This document shows, piece by piece, positions 31,360-40,219 of a stretch of 64,000 nt of DNA. The DNA lies in assembly GCA_026394715.1 (NCBI GenBank), contig JAPKXR010000229.1:628-64627 (forward strand), written 5' to 3'. Origin of the DNA: Methanomicrobiales archaeon (GTDB taxonomy: Archaea > Halobacteriota > Methanomicrobia > Methanomicrobiales > Methanospirillaceae). The notes under the pieces are model-generated. The model saw nothing but the letters and a program-made list of their open reading frames with translations. It had not been told where the DNA came from and made no database searches. The position numbers and the translations under genes were made by a program. The stretch's first letter is position 1. Each line of letters begins with the position of its first letter.

Positions 31360-32334
31360 GTGGAGACAATCATGGATCTGATGGAGTATCTGGATTCAAC
31401 ACAGAAACAGGTCGACAGGATGATCGACCGGTTTTTCGGGGATGAGTTTTTGGAGTTAGGGAAAGCGAGTGCCCATCTCCTGCTTGCCGGTGGGAAACGT
31501 CTGCGCCCTGCCGTGGTGATGCTCGCTGCTGACGCAGTGAAACGAGGGAGTTCGGATGAGGTAATGCCTGCGGCACTGGCGCTTGAACTGACACACAGTT
31601 TCACCCTGATCCATGATGATATCATGGATAGTGATGCGTTCCGTCGTGGTGTCCCGACGGTCCATACCAAATGGGATGAACCCACTGCGATTCTTGCCGG
31701 GGATGTGCTCTATGCACGAGCATTCGAGTTTATCAGTATCGCGGAAGCATCAGATAATGCGAAAGTCCGGGCGATTTCGATGCTTGCAGCAGCCTGCGTC
31801 GAGATATGTAATGGTCAGCATATGGATATGTCGTTTGAGAAACGCAACGATGTTACGGTTGGGGAGTATCTGGAGATGGTATCCAAAAAGACTGGTGCAC
31901 TGTATGCAGCATCAGCTGGGATCGGGAGTATCCTCGCTGGTGGGAATGCCGTCAAGACCCATGCGCTCTATCATTACGGGCTCTATACTGGCATGGCATT
32001 TCAGATCCAGGATGACCTTATTGATATTATGACCACTCCTGAAAAGAGTGGGAAGGACCGCGCATCTGATATCAGGGAGGGCAAACAGACGCTGATTACC
32101 CTTAAAGCAAAAGAAAAGGGCCTAGATCTTTCGGAATACAGACGCGAACTGACTGATAAAGAGATAGATGAACTCATCGAAAGGCTTGCTTCACTCGGGG
32201 TAATCAGGGAGGTGAGGGATACGGCCCTTGAACTTGTAGAGAAAGGAAAAGAGATCGTTTCAATATTGCCTGATTCTGAGGCAAAACGGCTCCTCATTGA
32301 TATCGGTGATTATTTTGTGACCAGAGGGTACTGA
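31360..32334 (+). CDS. idsA: Geranylgeranyl diphosphate synthase (short-chain trans-prenyltransferase)
   Basis: 324 aa. FARM LIHDDIMDSD and SARM FQIQDDLID. Confidence 0.88.
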   Translation: METIMDLMEYLDSTQKQVDRMIDRFFGDEFLELGKASAHLLLAGGKRLRPAVVMLAADAVKRGSSDEVMPAALALELTHSFTLIHDDIMDSDAFRRGVPTVHTKWDEPTAILAGDVLYARAFEFISIAEASDNAKVRAISMLAAACVEICNGQHMDMSFEKRNDVTVGEYLEMVSKKTGALYAASAGIGSILAGGNAVKTHALYHYGLYTGMAFQIQDDLIDIMTTPEKSGKDRASDIREGKQTLITLKAKEKGLDLSEYRRELTDKEIDELIERLASLGVIREVRDTALELVEKGKEIVSILPDSEAKRLLIDIGDYFVTRGY

Positions 32335-32335
32335 C

Positions 32336-34024
32336 ATGGATATAGATCCAAAAAGCGCTCTTTTTATTTTCGCCCTTCAGAATGCAGTTAAGCATGACAG
32401 CCTCCCGAAAAGTGGCACTGTTATTGGGATGGTCATGGGAAAATATCCCGGATTCCGATCACAGGCAAAGGAAATTGCCCTGCTTGCAAAAGAAGTGCTT
32501 GCAGAGGTGGAACAACTCAGCCCCGAGGAGCGCAGAAAAAAACTGGGTGATCTCGCCCCCGGGCTGATCGAGGAGATGAATGCACCAAAAATCCACACCC
32601 ACGAACTACCCCCTCTGGAACGGGCCGAAAATGGTGTGGTGATGAGGTTTGCGCCTAACCCAAGTGGACCGCTCCATCTTGGTCATGCGCGGGCAGCCGT
32701 ATTGAATGATGCGTATGTCGATCGTTATGGCGGCAGGTATATCCTTCGCATTGAGGATACAGACCCAAAAAGGGTAGACCCTGATGCGTACCGCATGGTT
32801 CAGGAAGATATCGAATGGATGGGTCTCCGAATTACTGACGTTTTCTACCAGAGTGACCGTTTTGACCAGTATTACAAGATTGCAAGGGACCTGATAGGAC
32901 TTGGCGGTGCATACATATGTACCTGCGAGAATGAGCAGTTCCGTCTTTTGAAGCAGGCAAAAACCTCCTGTCCTTGTCGGGGTCAAACAATTGAGGAGAA
33001 CCTGGATCTCTGGCAGAAGATGCTGGATGGAGGGTTCTATGAAGGTGAGGCATCAGTGAGAGTACGGACCTCACTTGACCACCCCGATCCTGCAATGCGT
33101 GATTTTCCTGCATTTCGTATCCTGAATGAGCCGATGCACCCAAGGATTGAGGCGCAGGTGTATCCCCTTATGAATTTCACGGTGGCTGTCGATGACCACC
33201 TGATGGGGGTCACTCATGTGATCCGTGGCAAAGACCATATTGCGAATACCCGTCGCCAGAAATATATTTATGAGTACTTTGGCTGGGATGAGCCGGTATA
33301 CCGCCATTATGGACGGATGGGAATCGAGGGGGTCGTACTCTCTACCTCCCAGATGCGGGAAGGTATCAGGTCTGGCATGTATTCGGGATGGGACGATATC
33401 AGGCTCGGGACACTTCGGGCCCTTGCCAGGCGCGGGATAAAACCTGAAGCTGTCCGGCAGGTCGTTCTCGATATCGGGATCGGAGAGACTGATATATCTT
33501 TCTCTTGGGATAATCTGTTCGCGAAAAATCGAGATATCATTGATCCGGTGGCTGACCGGTTCTTTTTTGTTCCAGGTCCGTTACCATTTACAATCGCTGG
33601 TGCAACTGCAAGGGAAGCTCATGCACATCTCCACCCCGGGGATGAAAAGAAAGGATACCGTACGTTAAAATTTGAAGGGGATGTAGTTCTTCCAGGCCAG
33701 GAATTCAAGAAAGAAGTGGAGATGATCCGGCTGAAAGACCTCTTCAATGTACACATTGATTGGTCAGGCGGAAACCCCCTTCTAACTTATGCCGGTGAAG
33801 CCCTGTCTGAAGCACGTGCAAAGAAAGCCCCGATAATCCAGTGGCTGCCGGCAGGAGACGCTACCCGGTGCACGCTCCACACGCCGGAGGGGGATATACA
33901 GGGCCTTTGTGAGAGTATTGTCAGGTCCATGCAGGACAAGGTCGTCCAGTTCGAACGGGTAGGGTTTGCGAGAATTGATAGTGTGACAATTGAGGGTATA
34001 ATTGCCTATTTCTGCCACAAGTGA
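32336..34024 (+). CDS. gltX: Glutamyl-tRNA synthetase (archaeal non-discriminating type)
   Basis: 562 aa. Contains RFAPNPSGPLHLGHARAAV (HIGH), ...IRIEDTD and the VLSTS (KMSKS-equivalent) region. Confidence 0.93.
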   Translation: MDIDPKSALFIFALQNAVKHDSLPKSGTVIGMVMGKYPGFRSQAKEIALLAKEVLAEVEQLSPEERRKKLGDLAPGLIEEMNAPKIHTHELPPLERAENGVVMRFAPNPSGPLHLGHARAAVLNDAYVDRYGGRYILRIEDTDPKRVDPDAYRMVQEDIEWMGLRITDVFYQSDRFDQYYKIARDLIGLGGAYICTCENEQFRLLKQAKTSCPCRGQTIEENLDLWQKMLDGGFYEGEASVRVRTSLDHPDPAMRDFPAFRILNEPMHPRIEAQVYPLMNFTVAVDDHLMGVTHVIRGKDHIANTRRQKYIYEYFGWDEPVYRHYGRMGIEGVVLSTSQMREGIRSGMYSGWDDIRLGTLRALARRGIKPEAVRQVVLDIGIGETDISFSWDNLFAKNRDIIDPVADRFFFVPGPLPFTIAGATAREAHAHLHPGDEKKGYRTLKFEGDVVLPGQEFKKEVEMIRLKDLFNVHIDWSGGNPLLTYAGEALSEARAKKAPIIQWLPAGDATRCTLHTPEGDIQGLCESIVRSMQDKVVQFERVGFARIDSVTIEGIIAYFCHK

Positions 34025-34317
34025 ACCTCCGGGTAGATTCTAATTATCAGCCGGGCTTATGTACTAAACCTCTTTTTGTTTATCCGGTGAATCGAACCCT
34101 GGAATAGGAACATTAAAATGTCACACGGTTCAGGCGTTATGGTCAGATCGCCGATGTACTTAATAAATACTGATTATGTACAATCCCTGAAGACCTTTCC
34201 ATTGGTATTCGGCGGTTTCGTATCAGGTGCAGTACACCGAATAAACAGCATTCGGTCTATGTCGGATCCGACTTGCAATAGATGAACCCGGGCCAACTTT
34301 TATTAAACTGGGTCAAA

Positions 34318-34848
34318 CTATGAGTTCTCGGCAGGAGCCCCGGCCCGAGCCCCTATCACGGAGTTTGAAAATCTCCAGGACCACAATACTTCGCTCCTGT
34401 TCAGCCAGATTTTTCCGTTATCAGGGTGTCGTGCCCCGGTTACTATGAGATTTTTCTCGAGATCGAGGTGGGACCCATTTCTTCTACGTCCATTGAACAG
34501 GGCCATCATGCGCGCATCAGGGATAGGACCGTTGTTGCCGTATAAAATATGAGGCCTGGTATCGAAGATCTTATTGAGACTGATATCACGCTTCTCGAAT
34601 CTCCTGTGACAAGGCTTGAGAGAGTAGTACCTGACGTCACGTCTCTATCTGTATCTCCGAAAGGAATAGCGAAGGGTTTCACGGGCCAGATACTTAAAGA
34701 ACGGGATCTTGTAATGGACGGAAGCAATGCAGACCGTTTCAGGAAAAATTTTGAAGGGATTGAAGGGGCAAAGTAACGAATGTTGATGAGATCCATAAGA
34801 TGGGCGTCGATCCTGTAACCTTCGCTGGTGTTGAATTCGACTCTTACT
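34318..34848 (-). pseudogene. Degraded ORF, possibly an IS200/IS605-type (HUH Y1) tnpA relic
   Basis: A single reading frame is open over 177 codons except for an in-frame TAG at 34645-47, and it has no start codon. Its translation loosely parallels the TnpA layout: ...SVHYKIPFFKYLARE... for the YHIVW.PKYRR block, DTRPHILYG..P...MMALFNGRRRN for the HUH block plus KGRSSR, and GKIWLNRS for the LW.RSYF block. The first His of HUH is missing and the C-terminal Tyr region is absent. Memory-based comparison only. Confidence 0.35.
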
Positions 34849-35520
34849 TCAAACAGATCTTTGAAAACGGCGTTTCTATCGTAACCCGTATCCCGGGAAC
34901 CTGATGGTTAAGGCGAAATGAAACGTTAGCTTTCTTGATTTAGGGGTGGTGGGAATACTTAAAGCCTGAAAAACGGTTTATTTCTGTCAGGCTGTTCCAC
35001 TGGATTATCCAGACTGATGTTGACATACTGATATTTACATTTGAGAAACTCGGGGTAACCATAATGGGAAGAAGATGGAGAAGCTGTCCGAGCTGAAATG
35101 TATGTTGTCCTTATTGATGCCGAAGGATTCACGACTGGGACAATAATTTTTCAGCGATTGTCAATGACCTGACTGATATACTCAGAAGTTATCATTTCCC
35201 TTGGTACCGATTAGTCTCATGCTGATGCTGAAAGTAATCATTATGATCCGTTGAAGCTGTCGCACGAACGGTTTTCATTCTAACGTAAGGCGAATATTGA
35301 TAAATATATCTGCAAAAACCTAGGCATAGAATTCTGTTTGGCATATCTAAACTTGAAATTCTCAATTTGGAGAACGATTATGGTTCATACGATCGCCTCC
35401 TATATATTGGGATAAAACTCGATCCAGGTTTCAGTTTTGAGAGACGTACTCATATTTTCCTGGAACCGATATCCTGACAAGATGCACCTGCCCGACTAAC
35501 CCATCCGGTTGGCGACGCGA

Positions 35521-35853
35521 TCACTCCTGGAAGCGATAGATGGGATGCTTGACCTGCAACTGAATGTTAATAGGATCCTCAAGAAACTTGAAACTGGTAC
35601 GGTCAGGGTTGAAATTGTCGAGACGAACATCCCAAAAATTCCAGCAGTCACTGGAGTGGACAACCGATAAACTCCTTGCAGGGATTATCACCTGGGCAGT
35701 TGTAATTGGATCTTCACAGATCTTATCGTACCCAAATATTCTGGTTGCCCGATTTTGTCGGGATACTCGCCGTATTAGGGTACAGTGCGATGATGCTGGT
35801 AGGATTTTATGCATTCTACCAGCCACTCGCCTCCATATTCGGGTGGAGGACAA
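35521..35853 (-). CDS. Doubtful hypothetical ORF downstream of the FTR-like gene
   Basis: 110-aa ORF with an Arg-rich N-terminus and no recognisable family. It lies at the edge of the decay tract and could be a remnant. Confidence 0.2.
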   Translation of the reverse strand: MSSTRIWRRVAGRMHKILPASSHCTLIRRVSRQNRATRIFGYDKICEDPITTAQVIIPARSLSVVHSSDCWNFWDVRLDNFNPDRTSFKFLEDPINIQLQVKHPIYRFQE

Positions 35854-35887
35854 AACCCATGCACCGCGTGAATTAAAATGGCCATTG

Positions 35888-36178
35888 TTATCCGGATGTT
35901 TCTTTGCTGAAAAATAAATTGCAATGGCAGGAGCCCTGTTCTTTTATTTCCTGGTCATGATAAATGCAGGGGCATACAATGCTTTTATCCGTTTCTATAT
36001 CCCCGCTCCTGATCCGACAAGGACAGTATCCTACACCAAACCGCTGATTGTTTTTTGCTAGCCCCCGGATCACGCTTTCAAGTCGTTTTTCTTCAGGATT
36101 CAGCCGGTAACCATGCGTTTCAGCGTATTCCGCTGCCCATGCAAGAATCTCCTTTTCCTCTTCCCCGTCCATCATCAT
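35888..36178 (-). CDS. Ferredoxin:thioredoxin reductase catalytic-subunit-like protein
   Basis: 96 aa. CPC-x16-CPC-x14-CHC cysteine pattern (GYCPCRIRSG...IVCPCIYHDQEI...GSCHCNLF), characteristic of the FTR beta chain family. Confidence 0.8.
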   Translation of the reverse strand: MMMDGEEEKEILAWAAEYAETHGYRLNPEEKRLESVIRGLAKNNQRFGVGYCPCRIRSGDIETDKSIVCPCIYHDQEIKEQGSCHCNLFFSKETSG

Positions 36179-36319
36179 TTCCTGTGCTCCCTGTGTAATC
36201 GTACCTGAATTATACGTTAATCGGATATTGACCGGTCTTACATAAGAATATACGATAGTTCTGTTTATTATCGCTATTCTTCAACAACATTGACATGGTG
36301 TGACCTGAAAATCCGAATC

Positions 36320-37030
36320 TTACTCTTCCGCAATTATTCGTATCGCCACCCGGTGATAACAGGTGATGACGTCTCCCTGACCCGTCCTGTAGACATCCTT
36401 GTCAAGGGACTCACCTGTCTTCTTGTCCCAGAGCCGCATTGAGTCCATGCTGATTTCGTCTCCAACATAAATGACCCCGTCTTTTTTCCCAAACTCCAGT
36501 TTGAAATCTACCAAATCGATTCCGCGCCTGCCCAGATATTCCTGGAGCACGTCGTTCACTCGTAATGCAATCCGTTTCATCTCACGTAATTCGTCTGGTG
36601 TTGCAAGTTTCAGCGCGAAGATCAGGTCATCGTTCAGCATCGGGTCGTGATGTGTGTCATCTTTGAAATCGATGACAATTACCGGGGGATTAAGCGGGGT
36701 CCCCTTCTCTACCGGATAATTTTTTACCAATGAGCCGGCGGCGATATTCCGGACGATTACCTCGAGTGGTATCATGTTCAGGTTGCGTGCAATCAGGGAA
36801 GTATCATCAATTTTTCTGACGAGGTGTGTTTTAATGCCGTTTTTCTCGAGGATCCCGAAGAAAAATGTTGAAACTCCGGCATTCAGGCTCCCTTTTTCAG
36901 CCAGCGTGTCTTTCTTCTGGCCGTCGAATGCTGTAATATCGTCCCTGAACTTTATTAACAGTTCTCCGGGATTTTCAGTCCGGTATACAGATTTTGCTTT
37001 CCCGGAATACAACAAATCAAGTTGTTTCAT
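36320..37030 (-). CDS. purC: Phosphoribosylaminoimidazole-succinocarboxamide synthase
   Basis: The ORF is open to 37063, and ATG 37030 gives MKQLDLLYSGKAKSVY (canonical PurC N-terminus). Also contains ...LIPLEVIVRN and ...DKDVYR. Confidence 0.93.
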   Translation of the reverse strand: MKQLDLLYSGKAKSVYRTENPGELLIKFRDDITAFDGQKKDTLAEKGSLNAGVSTFFFGILEKNGIKTHLVRKIDDTSLIARNLNMIPLEVIVRNIAAGSLVKNYPVEKGTPLNPPVIVIDFKDDTHHDPMLNDDLIFALKLATPDELREMKRIALRVNDVLQEYLGRRGIDLVDFKLEFGKKDGVIYVGDEISMDSMRLWDKKTGESLDKDVYRTGQGDVITCYHRVAIRIIAEE

Positions 37031-38015
37031 GACGATGTCTCCTGTCTGATAACTGTTGCACAAGGCGCTTAATAAGTGGTTCTAATTCGTCTGAATACCA
37101 GCCCTTTTCTATAAACCGGGGATAAATACAGAGGCGCTCCTGAAGGTGATAATTCCCCGCAGAGAGCCTGAGTTCGTCTTCTCCGGGCCATGGATGCTCC
37201 GGGTTCACATAATCGATTGTCAACGGCGATATCCCTCCAAGGTCATTTACACCACATGGAATCAGGGATGCTGCATCCGCGAGGTTCGGCGCTACCTGGA
37301 TGGCCACATCATCCGGAAGGAGGTCACGCGCGATCCGTATCGCCACGCACATCTCATCAAAACCGATCTCCTGCCTGATGCACATTGGTGTCCCGGGTTT
37401 AGGGCAGAAATTCTGAATTATCACTTCCTGGATATGGCCATACCGTTTGTGAAGGTCACGTATCACCATGAGTGACTCCTCGCGGTCCTGCATTGTCTCG
37501 CCAATACCAAGAAGGAGACCCGTGGTGAACGGGATCTGTAGTATCCCTGCATTTTCAATCATTTCAATCCGGATTTCGGGGATTTTTCCTGGTGAATTTC
37601 GATGTGCAGGAATTTCTGCGGTTGTCTCCAGCATCAGGCCCATGCTGGCATTCACTGGTTTCAAATACTCCAGTTCTTCAGCAGTCAGGATTCCTGCATT
37701 TGTATGGGGCAGGATATCGGTTTTAATGCTTTTTTTACAGAGTGCATAGCAGTACTGCAGAATACTATTATAGCCTGTCCCGTTAATCAGGGCTTTGAAA
37801 CCCGGCTCTTCTTCGGGTCGTTCTCCAAAGGTAAAAAGGGCCTCTGTACAGCCTTTCTCTGCACCGCGGGACAGTGTGCGTTCTGCATCATCGGGTTGCA
37901 TAATGCAGTGTTCTGTTACCGGAGTCCGGAAACAACAGTATTCACACCGGTTGCGGCAGACGGTGGTAAGTGGCAGGAAGATATTTTTTGAGAAGGTAAT
38001 TACGTTCCTGTTCAT
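37017..38015 (-). CDS. cofG: 7,8-didemethyl-8-hydroxy-5-deazariboflavin (FO) synthase subunit CofG (radical SAM)
   Basis: 332 aa. ITFSKNIFLPLTTVCRNRCEYCCF matches the CofG-type CxxxCxxC context. Confidence 0.88.
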   Translation of the reverse strand: MNRNVITFSKNIFLPLTTVCRNRCEYCCFRTPVTEHCIMQPDDAERTLSRGAEKGCTEALFTFGERPEEEPGFKALINGTGYNSILQYCYALCKKSIKTDILPHTNAGILTAEELEYLKPVNASMGLMLETTAEIPAHRNSPGKIPEIRIEMIENAGILQIPFTTGLLLGIGETMQDREESLMVIRDLHKRYGHIQEVIIQNFCPKPGTPMCIRQEIGFDEMCVAIRIARDLLPDDVAIQVAPNLADAASLIPCGVNDLGGISPLTIDYVNPEHPWPGEDELRLSAGNYHLQERLCIYPRFIEKGWYSDELEPLIKRLVQQLSDRRHRHETT

Positions 38016-38123
38016 GGTACGAGCGCACCGTTTGTTAATTGCTATGTGAGCTCTTTGGTAATTTATTGATCGATCCGCATAAAAGCGATGGATTTTTGAG
38101 GTCCGTGGTGCTATTCGTATAAA

Positions 38124-38774
38124 ATGTCCATAGTGGCCGTGGTCCCTTTCAAACCGGTAAACCCGAAGAGCCGACTGTCATCTGTGCTGTCAACCGCTGA
38201 ACGTGAATTATTCGCGGAAGCAATGCTGACCGATGTAATCCTATCCCTTAAGGAAGCCGGATGCAACCCATTTATTCTCTCCACGGTCCCCCTTCACTGT
38301 GCATATGCGAAGGTTAACGTCTCAGCCGAGGAACTGAACCCCGCACTGAACGGCCTGATCGGAAGTTCGTCAGGTCCTTTGCTTATTATCATGGCCGACT
38401 TACCTCTGGTCACGCCCGATGTAGTCCGGCGGATGATATCCACCACCTGTGACATGGCACTTGGCCCTGGTAGAGGTGGGGGGACGAATGCGATATTCAT
38501 CAAAGACTGTTCCCGTTTCCATGTTGATTATTACGGGGCCAGTTTCTTGAAACACCGGGCAATCGCGGAGAAGGCGGGACTCTCCTGTGAAATCGTGGAC
38601 TCATTCCGGCTCCATACCGACGTTGATGAACGGGAAGACCTCGTGGAACTGATGATCCACGGTCATGGGAAAGCGGTTGATTTTCTGAAACGATGTGGGT
38701 TCTCACTATTAATCGAAAAAGGGCGTGTTGGTGTCTCCCGGAGCACTGGACCAGTATCTTCGCCGGGCGGGTAA
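38124..38774 (+). CDS. cofC: 2-phospho-L-lactate guanylyltransferase
   Basis: 216 aa. Contains AVVPFKPVNPKSRLS and ...MADLPLVTPD. Confidence 0.87.
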   Translation: MSIVAVVPFKPVNPKSRLSSVLSTAERELFAEAMLTDVILSLKEAGCNPFILSTVPLHCAYAKVNVSAEELNPALNGLIGSSSGPLLIIMADLPLVTPDVVRRMISTTCDMALGPGRGGGTNAIFIKDCSRFHVDYYGASFLKHRAIAEKAGLSCEIVDSFRLHTDVDEREDLVELMIHGHGKAVDFLKRCGFSLLIEKGRVGVSRSTGPVSSPGG

Positions 38775-38782
38775 TTGCAGAA

Positions 38783-39526
38783 TTATTTTTGTAAAAGGAA
38801 AAACCGGTACCCATATTCATCTGAATGCTCCCTGAATAACGAGATTTCCTTCCTTGATACTTCAACCAATGCCCGGGCTTCATCATTACCCGCGTATATG
38901 TTTTCAAATTCTGCGAGTCGTATTTCAAACGGGTCATAGTAATTACTCCACCATGCAGAATCGGGGAAATTAAATGATGAAAGGAGGGTGTAACCAGCGG
39001 CGTTAATCTTGTCTTCGTTACCCCTGACGGTGGTCATGGCGGGATATTGCTGCCCGAAAAATTCTCTGGTACCGGGTGATGGCCTGTCAGTAAACCATAC
39101 CAGTTCAGATAACGCGAGGTAACCACCGGTTTTTAAAAATTGTTTCCAGTAGCGGATCCCCTCAAAAAACCCCATAACGAACACAGAGCCTTCAGCCCAG
39201 ATGATGTCGAAAAATTCAGGGCCAAACGGGAGGTCATCCATTGATGTGCATTTCGTGGTGATCCGCTGGCCAAGGCCCCTTTCATCGGAATTTTTCTTAA
39301 GTATGTCCAGATAAGGCTGGTACACATCAATGGCCGTAATAACCGCATCCCTGGCGAATGTTGCCAGAGCGAGCGTCTGCACCCCGGTACCACAGCCAAT
39401 GTCGAGGATTGTTGGTGCTGCCGGGACATCAGGCAGCAGAGAAAACATTTTTTCAGTACATGCATCGGCTCCCGGCCCCTGTCTCGGCAGTTCTTCGAAT
39501 AGCTCAAAAATCAGCGAATTTTCCAT
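38783..39526 (-). CDS. Class I SAM-dependent methyltransferase
   Basis: 247 aa. Motif I ILDIGCGTGVQTLAL and post-I DVY. Confidence 0.8.
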   Translation of the reverse strand: MENSLIFELFEELPRQGPGADACTEKMFSLLPDVPAAPTILDIGCGTGVQTLALATFARDAVITAIDVYQPYLDILKKNSDERGLGQRITTKCTSMDDLPFGPEFFDIIWAEGSVFVMGFFEGIRYWKQFLKTGGYLALSELVWFTDRPSPGTREFFGQQYPAMTTVRGNEDKINAAGYTLLSSFNFPDSAWWSNYYDPFEIRLAEFENIYAGNDEARALVEVSRKEISLFREHSDEYGYRFFLLQK

Positions 39527-39616
39527 ATACCGGATGGTTGGAACACAATTCCATACATCTTTTCCGGCATACTCCTGATGAAAGGTATCTTATCTGATCA
39601 AAGTGAGGAACTAATT

Positions 39617-40102
39617 ATGACGGATACAACGGAGCAACCACCAATGGTACGACCCGGGGATATCGGGAAGAATTTTTCTCTTAAGGACCAGAATGATAAA
39701 ACGTTTGACCTTCTTGAAAATTCAGGTAAAAAGACCCTTCTTTCATTCCATCCCCTTGCGTGGACAGCATTCTGTGCTGGACAGATGGAATCGCTTGAAA
39801 TAAACCGTGATGCGTTGGAATCTCTTGGCACGCTTGCGATAGGGATCAGTGTCGATTCGGTCCCTTGTAAAAGGGCATGGGCCGAATCTCTTGGTATTAA
39901 GAATACAAGGCTGCTTTGCGATTTCTGGCCTCATGGGAACGTAGCAAAGATGTACGGGATCTTCAGGGTTACCAATGGGTTTTCAGAGCGGGCCAATATC
40001 ATTGTGGATGAACACCAGAACGTGTTATTTATCAAGGTATATCCTGTCCATAGTATTCCAGATATCAGTGAAATTATCAGTTTCCTCAAGAATTCAGCGT
40101 AA
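39617..40102 (+). CDS. AhpC/TSA-family redoxin (peroxiredoxin-like)
   Basis: The ORF is open from 39578, and ATG 39617 is the likely start. Contains FSLKDQNDKTFDL, ...LLSFHPLAWTAFCAGQM (T-x-x-C peroxidatic context) and ...GISVDSVPCKRAW. Confidence 0.72.
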   Translation: MTDTTEQPPMVRPGDIGKNFSLKDQNDKTFDLLENSGKKTLLSFHPLAWTAFCAGQMESLEINRDALESLGTLAIGISVDSVPCKRAWAESLGIKNTRLLCDFWPHGNVAKMYGIFRVTNGFSERANIIVDEHQNVLFIKVYPVHSIPDISEIISFLKNSA

Positions 40103-40219
40103 ACAATATCTGACCCGTCCGATCAATTGTAAAATGGGAAGAAAAAGACGGTTAATTTGATGTGCCGGTCTCCTGAAGGTATTTAACCGGTTACAATGAT
40201 GGCACGGCCGAATCCCGGG

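Noticed and set aside
34085-34105. GGTTCGATTC-like string (minus strand) resembling a tRNA T-loop, considered as a tRNA or att-site fragment
   Set aside because: I could not build a T-stem, acceptor stem or anticodon arm around it. It is at best a chance match or an unrecognisable fragment.
34645-34647. In-frame TAG in the decayed ORF as a possible pyrrolysine codon
   Set aside because: The frame also lacks a start codon and the family-critical residues. No pyl genes or methylamine methyltransferases are in view. The context is AT-rich and fragmented, so pseudogenisation is the simpler explanation.
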